This document shows positions 26,373 to 40,250 of a stretch of 64,000 bases of DNA, one piece after another. Both the position numbers and the translations under genes were made by a program. Under the pieces are notes generated by a model. It saw only the letters and a program-made list of their open reading frames with translations, was not told the origin of the DNA and ran no database searches. The stretch lies in NCBI GenBank assembly GCA_028534125.1, contig CM052816.1:73286001-73350000 (forward strand), in the 5' to 3' direction. This DNA is from Lama glama (Eukaryota). The first letter of the stretch is position 1. Every line of letters starts with the position of its first letter.

Positions 26373-27499
26373 GAAGCCTTTTCAATGCTCAGTAATAGAT
26401 GATGCCTGTCGATGGTTGGATATGTGGAAGCTACAACAAATACCTTGATAATCAGCCCATTGTTGGCTGGCTTTTGCAATATAAGGTACACAACTGTCAG
26501 GTCATTAACTGTCCAGAAAGCTGAAAACATGACATAAATGAGTTTCAAGGGCTACAATATTGCTGCCAGTGTTTTCTGATCAAACTGGAAAAGCAACACC
26601 ATAATCTGAAAACAAAATGTCAGTGTTAAGGCATCTTGGAGAGCCTAGAAGCTCAAAATCCCCTGTCTTCCTGAATGGAAGGTCCATGCTATGCGGCCTT
26701 TCTCACGGTGAGACAAGTGGGTAAACTCTGGATGGGAATTGATGGGTGGCAGGCAGTGGTAGCCTCTGAATCAGAAACAGACTACTGTTTCTCTCTTGAC
26801 CTACCATGGTGGTTATTGTTTCATCTTTTTGTTTGTGTGTTTTCTTGTTTTTGTCTTTTAGGGATATTTTTGGCCCTTAATGGCATGCTTCCTTGGGCAT
26901 AGGGATACTCATGTCATAAGCCCAGACCATCTCAGGTGTCTGAGGACCTTGCTCTGAGAGTAGGGCATGCATGTGGCTGTTTCCCTCCTTCCAACTACCA
27001 GACAAAAATGCTGTGCTCTGGTTGGGGGCAGGGAAGTGCATCCAGACATCTCCTCTTCCCAGGGCTTTTGGTTCCAACCCACAGTGGTTGCGCAACCCCC
27101 AAAGGTATTGCAATCCCAAAGTAGGACGCAATAAATATCTAAATAGGGGCTGAGTGGGAGGCTTGTTCTCACTAGTCCTGCCCAATGCAACATGACACTG
27201 GTATCCTGGAGCATAGATCCCTGCCAGTTGTTGCAGGGGGGCTGCAATCACTTGGGCTAGGTGAGGCCCAGGGCCCAAGGGATGGGGAAGCCAGTGGTCA
27301 AAAACCAGTCCAGGGGAATCAGAGACACAGTGGAAAGTAGGATCACTGTGGGACAAGGCTCTGGGCCACTGGTGTATATGCTACTGTCTCATCAGAATTC
27401 AATTCTACACAAAAATCAGAGCGAAAATTATTAAGCATTTTAAGATGGTGATCACATTGCATGAGGCTCAAAAGCACTAGCCCTAAATAACTGTACCAC

Positions 27500-27810
27500 T
27501 CCACTCACACCCTGAGCTCTAGCAACACAAAACCCCCTCCTGTCAGCTGTTGTAATAACTTCCTTCGATCAGGATTATTTTGGGTCACTTAATCCTCCAT
27601 ATACTTTAAGTGTAAGCTCAGGTGTTATTTCTTCTGTGAAGCCTTCTACCCCTGGAGGTAGTTAGGAGTTACTGCTCTGTGTTTATGCCACTCGTTTCCT
27701 CTGTCTTAGCACCAATCACTGGAATGTAAGTTTCTGTTTACTGGTTGGATTCTCCTCCTAGACTGTAAACCTCTGTAATGAGAGGCGGATAAATATTTGT
27801 TGAATAAATA
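27500..27810 (+). mobile_element. L2 3' fragment
   Basis: ctcctcctagactgtaaacctct...ataaatatttgttgaataaat. Confidence 0.65.
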
Positions 27811-28799
27811 GCTCTATTGAAGGGTCATTTTCAGATTTGTAACTAAGAGTTTATAGAACCATATTTAACACTTAATCAAGTCCTTACTTTGTTCAATGCA
27901 GCAAGCATTATATTCCATGCAGAAAAATCACTAGTAAATTTTAATGGCTCTGCCATTTTTGGTCTATTCAGTTTTAAAATCCAAGGGTATGATCATTTTT
28001 AAGGAAAAGTAATTTCCTATTGAACATACCCATACACTGGAATCCTTAAGAAAGTATTTCTTTCATCACAAATAATAATTTACCTAAGGAGAAAACTCTT
28101 TGGTCACATATTTTGCTTCGAAACGCCATACATTTTTGTTTCCTTAGCTTCTGGCTTTTAACACTACAGAGAAGTCTGAATCTTAACCTGAACTTTACTT
28201 GTTTGCTTACCACCTGGTTTTCTTTCTGGATGCTTATAGAATGTTTACTTACTCTTGAGATGAAAATAGTTTAAATGTCTGTTTACATGTGGTTCTATAT
28301 TCACTGTCTCTTTTCTGAAAGAAGGAAATTCCTTCAGTCTTCATACTTAAAATATTTTTTAAAGTTAGGATAGTTTTAACATTAACACACATTTTGATCA
28401 TTAATTCTTCTAGTTTTATAGTTCTTTATAGCTCTTCTTTAGGATTATTTACAATTCTCTGTTTGCCATACTTATTATCCTCATCTCCATGGTTTTTATC
28501 CTATTCTTTTTTCCTCTGCATTCAGACCCAATATGATTCACATTTTCATAGTGTCTATTATAGTTCTTATATTTTCTAATGTGAATTTTTTCTAGTATTT
28601 TGTGTTCAGTTTAGATACAATCTTTCTTTATCTTAGGCATTTACTTTTTATACATTTTGGTTATAATTTAATCTCAACCATTTCACTTTTAATGCCATTC
28701 AACGTCATAGACTTGTACAATGTTTAGCACAGTTTCTAGAACATAATCATGACTTAATCCCTCAGTAAATGATGGTTGTTATTAAAAAGCAGTTCTCAG

Positions 28800-28960
28800 T
28801 AATTGACATCACAAAAGATCCTAGAGTTGCCTTCAGAGTAATATTCACTCTTTATAAAATACAGGCCCCAAAAGAGCTAGAAAAATGAACTTTCCCAAAA
28901 TCACAAAGATTGTTAATAGTAAAGGAGTACATTCAGTCCAAGTCTCCTTAAAATCAGAGA
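28800..28960 (-). mobile_element. MIR fragment
   Basis: Degenerate antisense MIR core (actctttataaaatacagg...aactttcccaaaatcacaaag). Confidence 0.4.
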
Positions 28961-30429
28961 CAAGTATATTTCAAGGGTTATATAACAAGAATAGGAGCCA
29001 CGTTAAAAGTGGCGATGAAGTATGCAATTTGACTTCTTGAACTTATTAGTGGGATTTCATTCAGAGATATCTGAAACAAACCCCCACAACTTCATACTGA
29101 GCATTTTTACAAGAAATATGTCAGGGTTTTGGTGTTAAGCATTCATCTGAAATATGCAGACCTCCTACATTTGTTGAGTATTTTCTTAATAAAAGTTTGG
29201 GCAATCCAATAACTTAGTAATACCCCTAAGCACTAAGCATTGCACAATGGAGACAAGACACGCCATTCTCACATTAGAAGGAGCTGCATTCTTTCCTTTC
29301 CATTCTTATGAGACACAGTATAGATGGAGAATCAACGAAGCATTGTGGGTTTAATGCAGCATTTTCCCATACATTCCTCTTCTTCGACTATGAACTTAAC
29401 ACTGGAGAGGCCACGTTATATTGGGTTGATTGACATAAAACTTCAAAACTAGTAAATCTAAAACCATCTCTATGCCCAGTGCTTCCCTCTAATTAGTGTG
29501 TTGGAACTCATGTTGTTCTGCAGCTACTCTATGAGTCATTTAAAACACTTGGCCTTACCGTGTCCAGAGCCCAAAACTGAGCAATTGTTCCACTGAGCAC
29601 ATGGGACTGACTGCATATTGACACGAATAACTTCAATAAATTTACATTACCATTATCAGGAGAAAAAAACCCAGAAAATTATTTTTTCATGGCTGGGAAT
29701 CAGAATTCTTTACCTGATGACTGAAATGGAATAAGTGTCGTGAAGAAAATATATAAACACTTCTCAGGAAGTCAAAAGGATCTTTTTATACTTGGATGTT
29801 AATTAACCATGAAAGCCTTGAATACTAAATAAAGGACATTTTCTACATTATAAAAGGTTCTTTCTTAGGCAATTATAATACTTCACTTCTTTTTTAATGC
29901 AATGCAACTGACAGTAACTTGGGCTCTCAATCAACCCCTTTTTGGGCTCTCAGGTTTGCCTCATAATAAGTCAGGTTGGATACCAAAAGTTATACACAAG
30001 GTAAGACAAAGGGATATCCATTAATGAGTATAGACATGAATCATGTACGCTCCTCAGGGCTAAGAGAACATACATGGTTTGATATTCTGCTGGGAAATTC
30101 TGAACTGCTGAAAATTAAGGGTGCCATAATGTTCACCCAAACTTTTCTATTACTTCTTTAGAGAGCATTTTCTTGTTCCAAGGGAGACCATTTCATGGAA
30201 AATACTGATTGCAATACAGGGGGAAAAGCAAATGCTTCTGAACTAGAGAACTTTTATCAAGCTCTGTGTCACCTCTTTATCAAAGTTATTACATGATGCT
30301 TAAGGGACTGGAAAGATCAGCTGTTCTTTTCCTAGTGTCACTATTAAGAAGCAGGAAATAAAGTCAAAGCCATGATCTTCTTCCAGTGGTTTTAACATTA
30401 TAGTCATATATGTATATGTGTGTAAAATA

Positions 30430-30770
30430 TTTTTAAATTTTGAGATATGCTATACATAGAGAGCACTGCATAAATCCTGTATGTATATAGTTCAAAGAAT
30501 GTATATAAAGTGAACGCTGGTGTAATCACCACCCACATTCAGATACAGAACATTTCTAGCCCCCAGCCCTACTGTGTTCCCTTTTCTGACTACAATTCCA
30601 TTCTTTTCCTCCAAGTAATCATTACTCTTATCTTGCTTATTTAAAAAAAATTTTTATAACCTACACATGGATCTTTTAAAAATAAATTTTAGTTTTGATT
30701 CTGGTTTGTAACTTCAAAAAACTAAAATCACACTGTATATTTTCCACTCTTCCTTGTAACATACTGCAAG
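30430..30770 (-). mobile_element. old L1 (L1MB/MC-like) 3' fragment
   Basis: tttaaattttgagatatgctatacatag...tgtaatcaccacccacattcagatacagaacatttctagcccc. Confidence 0.7.
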
Positions 30771-30786
30771 CTAAATGTTTACCTGT

Positions 30787-33700
30787 AGACTTCCATTTTG
30801 GGTTATAATGGAGTAACTGGACTTGTTCTCCAGTAGAAAGCAACTAGAACAGGTGTTCCACAACAGGCCATGCAGGACTGTGATCCCTGAGAGAAAGGGT
30901 ACAAACCCAAATGAGACCAATAACTGGCTCAGATTTCTGCCTATGGATGCCTTCTGGACTATGAGGAAGTAGGGAGACCCTGAGCAGGGCAAGCTAGTCT
31001 CCCTGATTAAAGAGACGGAGATCAGAGTTAAGGAAGACGAAGGCAGTAAGGATTCATAGCACAGAAAACCAGATAGGAGAGTGCTATGCAGAGAAAGAGT
31101 TCTAGAAATCCACGTAGGTTCTTTGAGTCTTTGGCTGAGTATTGATTTGTGTTTGTATAGGGTGAAATTCCACAAGGCCAAGCAAAATATAATTACTAGA
31201 GGAAAAATAACTTACTGAGAGGTATAGGCTAACAATTTCAGTAACCAGCACTGGGTTGATTAGGAGATGTTTCAGTTCTGACCAGCCAAAAATGAAACAA
31301 ACTGACTGAACATGTAGGGTACGTAATAGAAACCCTAGTAGGGTCTAGCTTTAGTGGCAGAGCTAAACTAGCTTTAGAGTAAAGGCTATTGTAGACATCT
31401 TGGCCCCTGACAAAGCTTAAAAGCAAGCTTCAAAAGTTCAAGCTTATCTACAACTAACTTAATTGCCTGTCAAAACAAACTTCAACACTCTTTAAAGGAA
31501 AAATAATAAAATCCAGAGACTCAAAAGTGTACTGGTCATAATGTTAGGATCTCATAAAATATGACTACACATGTTAAAAGTAGGAAAATGTTTCCTATGG
31601 ACAGTGGAAATATCAGTCAATAGAAACAGATTCAGAAACATTAGAGATAAAGGAATTAGTAGACAAGGACTTCCAAAAGGATATTTTAAGTAGGGAAGCT
31701 ATAGCTCAAGTGGTAGAGCACATGCTTAGTATGTACGAGGTCCTGGGTTCAATCCCCAGTATGTCCATTAATAAATAAATAAATAAACCTAGTTACCTCC
31801 TCCCTCAAAAAAAACCAAACTATTTTCCACATGCCTAAGTATTTAAAGGAAAACTTGAACATAAGGAAGAAGTAAACAGAAGATTTAAAAAAAATACAGT
31901 CGAATTTAGAGATAAATTAAAAGGAAAAATAGACATATCCACAATTATGTTTGGATATTTCAACCCTCTTCTCTCAGAAAGAAAATAAGGAAACACAAAA
32001 ATTAGTAAGAAAATTGAAAAACATTACTAAAAATTGGCCTAATTGACATTTACAAATGTCATTATACACACCAATGTTGAAAAAAACATTCTTTTTAAGA
32101 GCACATGGACTATTCAGCAATATAGACTATACAGTATAATATAAAATAGGTATAAATAAATTTAAAAATTGCAATAATATGTTTTTGACTACATAAATCT
32201 ATTCAAACTCAATTAAAGATCAAGAAATCCTAAAATATTTTGAAATTAAGCATTACACTTCAGAATAATCCGTAGGTCAAAAAAAAAGAGAAAGAAATCA
32301 TAAAAGAATCAGAAAATATGTTTAATTGAATTGTAGTGGAAGAAAGATAGTTATCAAAGTTCAAGGGGGGTTTGGCTAAAGTGGTATTTAGAGTAAATTT
32401 TATAGATTTAACTGTATATATTAGTAAAGAACAAATAAGTAAAATCAGCTATCTAAGCTTCAAACTTCAAAATCTGAAGAGAAAATTAAATTTGTAAGTA
32501 GACAAAGGGAAGTATCAAAGAATGGAAATTAAGGAAATTTAAAAATGGTAAATAAAAAAGGAAATCAATAACACTAGACTCTGACTCTTTGAAAAATCAA
32601 TGAGTTTAAAAATCTTTAGATAGAAGATAAAGAAAATAAGAGAGAAACTTAAATTACCAATATAAGGAATGAAAAAAGTTAAAAGATAATAAGGGACTAT
32701 AATAAACAACTTTGTGCCAATAAATTCAATTTGACATGAACAAATTCCCTGAGAGACACTAGTTTATAAACTGACAAAAATGCAGTACATAAAAAAAATC
32801 TGAATAGTCTTAGATCTATTAAAAGAATAAAATTTGCAATTAAAAATCTCCCCTCAAAGAAAATTCCAGGTTCTGATGGCTTTAGAGAAAATTATACCAA
32901 AAATGTAATATAAAATATATTAATTTTACATAAATCCTCTGAGAATATAAAAGAGGCTGAAATGCTTGCAAAAATTATTTTATGAAGCCAGCATTCCCCT
33001 AAAGTCAAATCCAGCAGAGGCATAACAAAGAAAGAAAATTACCAAAATCCCTTATGAACATAATCATGAAATTTCTTAACAAAATATTAGCAAACTGATT
33101 CCAGCATTATATAAAAAGAGTAAAATGAAGTTTATCTCAGAAATGCAAGGATGATTTGTTATCAAAAATCAATCAAAATAATTGACTATATTAGCAAAAC
33201 AATCAAATAGCATGTGATCATCCTAATATATGCAGAAAAAAATCATTTGATAAAATTCAACATCCATTCATATTAAAAATTCTTAGCAAACTAGGAATAA
33301 AAACAAAATTTCTCAACATGACAATGGCATCTACAACTGATACGTAATTAATGGTGAAAGAATGAACAATTCTCTCTTAGGATAGGAACGAGGTTGTCCA
33401 TCCTCACCAACACTATTCATACTGTATCAGAGGTCCTGACCAGTGTAATAAGGTGAGGAAAAGTTGTTAAAATATAGATGGAAGGATAGATGATAGGTAG
33501 ATAGAAATAGATAGAAAATAGAGAAATAGATTGGAATTAAAGAAACAAAATGGCCCTTATTCATAAACAATATAATTATATATGTAGAACATGCTAAGTA
33601 TCCACAAATATTCCATTACAATTAATGTTAAATTAAGAAATAAATAAAATAATATGCCATAGTCATGTATTGGGAGAGTCAATATTTTTAATCTCTCAGT

Positions 33701-35220
33701 TCTCCCCAAATTCAATATATAACCATCAAAGTAGCATCAGAGTTTTTCTGGTAGAAAATGAAAGATGATTATAAAATGTACATGGAAATGTGAAAGACCC
33801 AGACTAGCCAAAACAATTTTTTTTATAAAGGACAAAATATAGAAATTTTACTACCTAATTTAAAGATACACCATCATGTCACAGTAATCAAGACAGTGTA
33901 GAAGCAGCATAAACATACTTATATGTATATTCAACTGGTTTTTGACAGTTTCCACAGTAATTCTAAGTTTAAAAGGTCGACTCTTTAACAGATGATACTG
34001 AAACAATTGGGTGTCCACAGGCAAGAGATAATGAAACTCAATCCTGTATCACAGCACACACAAAAGTTAACTTGAGATCTGTCATGTATTTCAATGTTGG
34101 AGCTAAAACCACAGAACTTATAGAAGCAATCCTAGCAGAAAAATTTCGTGGCCTTGGAGCAGGCAAATATTTTTAAATAGGACACTAAATGCACTGATGA
34201 GTAAAAAATGGATAAATTAAACTTTACTACAATTTAAAACTCTTGCTCTTTGAAGGAAACTATTACAAAATCAAAAGATAAGCCCTGGATTGAATACATT
34301 CTTCACAACGCATATATCCTACAACGTGTAAGGAATTTCCAACTAAATAGTAATACAAATAACCCAATAAAAAAGGGCAAAATATTTGATCAGACACTGC
34401 ACCAAAAAAGATATACAAATAAAGTACATGAAAAAATAACCAATATTATTCATGAAGGATGTGTGAATTTAAAACACAATGGTTACCACTGTATAATTAC
34501 TAGAATGACTAAAATTATAAAGACTGGAAAAACCAAGTGTTGGTGAGGATGTGCAGCAATTTAAATTTTTATACATGGCTCTTTGTAATGTAAAGTGGTG
34601 TGACAAGTCTGGAAAACAATCTCATAGTTTCTGCATAGTTAAAAATGTATTTATCATATGATCCAGCAATTCCTCTCCTAGGTATTTACCCTAAGAAATG
34701 AAAACAAAAGTACACAAAAGGATGCGTACACACCTAGCAGCTTTATTCATAATGGTACACAACTGGAAGTAACACAAATGTGCACCAAAAAGTAGATCTG
34801 GAAGCAAGTTGTTCAATCGCCATATTATGAAATTAATACTTTAATTGACATTCAATTTATATTAATTTTAATTGATACAAATGGAACACAACATGTAGAA
34901 AGCTCGAAAACATTACACTGAGTCAAGGCAGCCAGACACAAAAGAGAACATGTTGGATGATTTCATTTATATGAAATCCAGAAGAGGCAAATCTATTCTG
35001 TAGCATAATAAAGCAGATCAGCATTTACCTGGGGTCAAGGATAAGGGAGTGGGACTGAGTGCAAAGAGGAGTAAGGGAACTTTTGGGCATGGTGGATGTG
35101 TGCTGGAAATTTATCAGGGTGGTGTTTATGCAGGCATCTATTTTTCAAAACTCATGTACAGTTAATACAGATGCATTTTGTTTTATGGACTTTATACTTT
35201 CATAAATTTAACGTAAAAAA
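30787..35220 (+). mobile_element. old L1 (L1MC/MD-like) keeping 5' UTR, ORF1 start, decayed ORF2 and 3' UTR, with internal deletions
   Basis: Starts agacttccatttt...atggagtaac (old L1 5' end); A-rich ORF2 remnants (catttgataaaattcaacatccattcat, aagtgttggtgaggatgtg); ends in an L1M-type 3' UTR. Confidence 0.85.
31693..31814 (+). mobile_element. tRNA-derived SINE, Vic-1-like (camelid), nested in L1
   Basis: gggaagctatagctcaagtggtagagcacatgcttagtatgtacgaggtcctgggttcaatccccagt with Pol III A box (31702-31713) and B box (31746-31756), then (AAAT)n, acctagttacctcc and an A tail. Confidence 0.88.
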
Positions 35221-36629
35221 GTTATTAAAACATTCTAATCAATACAGTTTTAAAATAACAATCCAGAAACATTTCTTAAGTTTTACTTAATCAGACATGA
35301 ATCTGACCTAAAATGCCCCTTCTTAAAAGCAAGACAAATTGCAAATTAACTCACATTTTCTCAGTAAATAAGCTTTTGGGCCAGATGTCTCACTTTCTTG
35401 GCATTTGGACTCTCCAGTCCCTGTGTTGTTATTTTCCAACTTGCTTCTTTGTGTTAATGAAGCTATTTTAAGATAAGCCACTGGCGAACAGCTGTCTATT
35501 TCTTTCAGGATAGTGACAGGGGAAATAAACATTTCCCGTTCTTCCCCTCCTAATGCCAGGCCACATTCAGTAAGCTCTTTGGTTACTGTCACAGGTAGCA
35601 GCCTGTTTTTCCCAATGGTAAGACTGCATTAATCCATCTGATAAAGGGCAGTTTGAGGAAGGTGAGCACAGCTCAGGGCTCTTTAATCTGTCAAGCCCTA
35701 TTTTCTTTTACCCTTGAAATGTTCCAGAATCCTCTTTCCAATCTGTCATTGGCAAGTCTAGCATCCCACCCTAGAGTCTACATTAACTTTGAATAATATT
35801 ATCGGCAGACATAAAGCCAATTTACAAAGAAGGTGGACTTCTTTAATTTTTTGTATTACTAGTATCTGAATTGTGCTATAAATTTGCCTTGCCTATCTCT
35901 GTTAACGGAAACTATATTCACATAAACACTATATTTCTAGGCTGTGGGTAAAGGAAAATAAAAATTTTTGGTAAATAAATGGAATGATGTTTAAATGATT
36001 TTCTATTTGGAAATAACATGGGCTATTTACAACAGGCCTTCGATTATTAGATAGCTTGCCAAGAATGTGGTAAATACTATTATGAAATGAATGATTCCTC
36101 CCAACGCAATTGGAAATCATAATTCGCCACTTGTATACGATCCACACACTATAATCTGCATGCTTTAGTTATGTGAATTAGAATTATCCTTCTTTGAAGT
36201 CCTATGCTATAAAACCAAGAGAAATTTATGTGCAACTAATGTAATTGTTTCAGTGAATTATAAAATTTGAAGTTTTCTCTAGATATTTCATGTTAGATAA
36301 CTCTCTAGTAAGAATTTCATTCCACCACCCCTGGCAGCTTCTAAAACTCTGTATAATAGAATTAGCTACTCAGAGTAGGGACATGTTACTGGAAATGGCG
36401 GTATTTTTAACTTGTGCTTAGAAGACATTTACTAGTACAGCTAAGAACATGTTTCATTTTAACATAATTATTTCTTCCTCTCTATTCACAACTTTCATCC
36501 TCTGTACTCCATACTATTAGAGATAAAATTCTTATGGGCAACTCTTAATTACCTATGGCAATGAGCAAACATCTAAGAACATTTATATGTTAAAAGTACT
36601 CTTGAAGAAGTTTTGGCCTATGTCAACCA

Positions 36630-36850
36630 ATTGGTAAGCAGGTATGTTCAACAAGTACTACGCACCCAGCTCTCTGTTACTACAACTTGGTAGAACACAA
36701 GGGAATATAGACTCTGCCTTCAAAAATGTTTTCAGATATAAAGCAAGCATATACACATAAAGCAGGGAATAGTAAACTTCAGCTAATATGAAGCACAAAA
36801 AGTGATAATAGCTGTGTCTGTCTGGCTGTGGAAAGTATGAATATAATCAG
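36630..36850 (-). mobile_element. L2 3' fragment
   Basis: aagtactacgcacccagctctctgttac...atagactctgccttcaa resembles the antisense L2 end. Confidence 0.4.
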
Positions 36851-36949
36851 AAGAGAAAATCTGGCAATTGCTACTTACCAGATCTTATTGTTAGGGACTT
36901 TCACCTTACTTAAATACTAACAGCAAAATACAAAGTCTGTATTATGCTC

Positions 36950-37050
36950 ACTAGCAAGATGGGGAACCTGAAGCTTAGAGAGGTTAATATAGATGCTTAC
37001 CCAAGGCACATGTCTAGAATTTCCAATGCTAGACTCAATCCAGTTCTAGA
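36950..37050 (-). mobile_element. MIR core
   Basis: agatggggaacctgaagcttagagaggttaa...cttacccaaggcaca. Confidence 0.6.
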
Positions 37051-38739
37051 TTACAATGGAGACTTATTGGTACTGATCCTTTAAAGACATTTAGCCAAAT
37101 AAAAGGCTAATCCTGCTTCCCTGTGGATTTTCTTACCATTTTAGGAAAGAAATGCTAAATGTCAGATATAATTAGCCAGAGAAACCTACAGAGCTGTACA
37201 GTCATGGGGTCCTTCTTATGCCCAGAAATTTAAGAAAAGATGCAAGATACAGTTAAGATGGAAAAATCAGTAGGAAGAATAAAGAGATCTTATTCCCATC
37301 ATAAGATGTTTAACAGCAAGTAGACTGTAATCAGATCCAGTGGCATAAAGACCATGAATTTATCCCATAAGTGTAAACTGCTCAAGTTTACAGAATGCTC
37401 AGAAGTTGTAATCAAAAGTACAATCCTCTAACACTAAGGATTGCCATTGGGTTTCAGTTTCTGGCCAAGATGTACTCTCTTTTTCTTCTAGATCATAATT
37501 TATAATTTTTTCACAATTTCTTCTGAGAATACTAGTGTATTTGTAAAGTTGATGCCCACTTATCAATGTAATTTGTATAAATGGCTTTGATCGGGCTACA
37601 AATAATTTTGCCTTTTGAAATTGCAGAGTGTGTTTAATTCCTTTTCTAAATGTATTTCTATAAATATCAGTTAGTATATAAAATTTCAATCAGCATGAAT
37701 ATATATATTTATTTCATTAAAAACTGTCTCAGTGAGATATTAATGTTTCAGATTTCATAAACAGACTTATTACTTTTACTATTAACTGAAGGCTTTAAAT
37801 CAGAAAGATTATTTGCATTGGAAGATATAAATTACTTTTTAAAAGATATACATGAGTCATTAGAAATCCATATTTTATGCACAGCTTCACCTTCCCCATT
37901 CTCCTTCCTCATATAAAAAGGAGAAATATATAGTACTTAAAATAAAGGTCATAATGAGAAGTCAACCAAAGCACAGACAATTGCTATCATTAGAAATAAA
38001 GTTTAAATCTTCATTTCAATCAGCTAGTTGAGAAAAAAGTGGTGGAAGTTTACTGAAATTTCTGAAGGTAAGAATATCCAAAAGTATTTCTAACATTATT
38101 TTCCGAATTTTACTCTTTGACAAAATTGTTCTTGCAGGCTGAACTCCAAAAGCAAGATTCTACCTCCAAATATGTATCACTCTTACTCAGCAAAGCAAGA
38201 TACTTCATAAGATCACTAACATTTGTAAATCAATAATTGTCTCCCAGACTCTAAATGGACCATATAGAAGTTCTGACATAAAATCAAAGAATTTATAAGA
38301 ACATGAAAAATAAGAGATGAAATAAATGTCTTAGTAGCCAAGATTTTTCTTAAAATTTCTCAAAATACTGCAATTCTTTTTTCTTCCACACACTAATTAT
38401 CTAAATGCCTACCATGACTATCCAAGAATATTGTTAGAATTTTTTCCAATAGTCATTTTTACTCTAGCATAATAATTTTACTGAGCAGTTATGATTTTGT
38501 TTTAATACGTAGCTTACTATGTACAATTTTCTAATCCCACTTATTTGTGCACCAGATTATAAATTCTGGAATTACTTCTCTTATCTCTAATCACTGTATA
38601 ATAATAACACATATTTTAAATGACAGATTTCTTTGGTTTCTGTACTTATTAATGACCAGAAAAATTAGGATTGGCACATGAGGGAAAAAATATCAGTAGA
38701 GTTAAATAGCTGGCAATTAAATTCATATGTGATTCTCAC

Positions 38740-38970
38740 ATTCCGCTGCTTGGGTTCCAGGCCCAGAATCATTCTTCAAGCGGGGCTTGCTCTTTGCCAT
38801 CTCTGATAGTTTTACCCTCTCAACCCGAAAGTTATTGTCACTAAGTGTCAGTCTAAGTCTTTGGGTGAATAGTTTTGTTCAATCAAAGTTGGGGACATGA
38901 GTCACGGAATTGAAAGATCTTTTCCTAATCTGGAATTTGCAGGATTCCAGCATCAGGGCATCACTGAGAA
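38740..38970 (-). other. candidate exon of a minus-strand transcript
   Basis: Acceptor tacttttctttag; possible weaker donor AAT|gtgaga at 38740; unique sequence. Confidence 0.3.
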
Positions 38971-39989
38971 CTAAAGAAAAGTATTTGACAGCACACATGA
39001 CTTAAGCTGAGAAAAATACTTCAGTTAATGAATTGAGATGTCTGGATAACTATGCTATAAATCAATCAAGAAGTCCAGATGACATTATAAACTACAAACA
39101 CAATGCTCTTGTGGAGAAGTAATGCTATTGTGGTTTGCAAAAACATTATGAGCCTCTGAGAGATTTCAAGGATAGAAACCTATTCCTAGTCATCCAGTGC
39201 TATTTATAAAGGGGGTGGAGAGGAGTGTTTTTGTTGTTCTTACGGTTAAAATTTTCAACATAAGACAGCAGTTTAACAAAGCCACTTACAGAATCAAAAA
39301 GACCCCAGAACTTCTTATGAATAGCTGTGTTGTGCATGCCTGGAGGCTATTTGAATATTATGGCAATGGGCCTACAAGTTGTCAGATTAGTTTTACTATA
39401 ATTTCATTCAGCGATTCCAACATGTTATCCCCTGTCACAGAGGAACAACCACCCACTGAAAATGATATGGTTGATCACACTGGATAGCTACACTAAACTG
39501 TATATATTTCTCCAAATGACAGCAAAGCAAATTAGGAGGAAAATTGTCTACTGTCACACAGTGACCCTCTTGTTTTATTCTATACATAATTTCCCCCTCT
39601 CAAACTTTTCTGTTTAAACGACAACTTTCTATATTTTGCTTTGTCCTAGAATAAGGCTATTCCTTAATTCCTTCATGTTGTTGTGCAATTCAATTAGCAG
39701 GATAAAGGAAAAAAAATGTGAATTTATTTATTTTTATATACTCTACTTTTTTCTAGAAAGAATATCAAGAAGCTTCCATGAATTCATAAAATTATATAAG
39801 ATTGAATAAATTAAATAGGAGATAAGAAATACAATAGAAGAGACAAAAGGATAAGGCTAAAAATGTTCCCTTTTTGTTATGGTCAGGTCACAAACTTGGC
39901 TTTAAATTGATATTCAGTCAATGAGAAGAGATAAAAGTGAAGAACGGGTTCTCAGAATTCATAACATAAATACAAACCACTTATGAAAA

Positions 39990-40250
39990 ATAATAATAGC
40001 AAATACGCAGTATAGTCATTGTAAATGCCAGGTGTTATTCTAAGAATTATACATATACCAATTCATTTAATCCTCATAATAACTCTATTAGTTAGGCATT
40101 AAACTTTATCCCCATTGTACAGATGAAGAAATCGAGGCCAAGGAGATTAAGCAACTTGTCCAAGCTCATATGGCTTGTAAGTAATGACACTGTGATATTC
40201 ACATATGCAGTGTTTTCAAAATCCCTGTTCCTAATTGTTCTGTCGCACTG
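39990..40250 (-). mobile_element. MIR SINE, near full length
   Basis: tgccaggtgttattctaag...tcatttaatcctcataataactct...ccccattgtacagatgaagaaatcgaggc...aagcaacttgtccaag. Confidence 0.88.

Noticed and set aside
26877..27356. 159-aa ORF, the longest in the window
   Set aside because: Lies in a GC-rich, possibly repeat-derived block with ORFs on both strands; no recognisable protein features.
29559..29720. Minus-strand 162-nt AG/GT segment as a coding exon
   Set aside because: Stops in all three frames; at most a non-coding exon, with no other support.
31693..31765. Possible tRNA-Ala gene
   Set aside because: It continues into a SINE body and A tail rather than a T-run terminator, and sits inside an L1.
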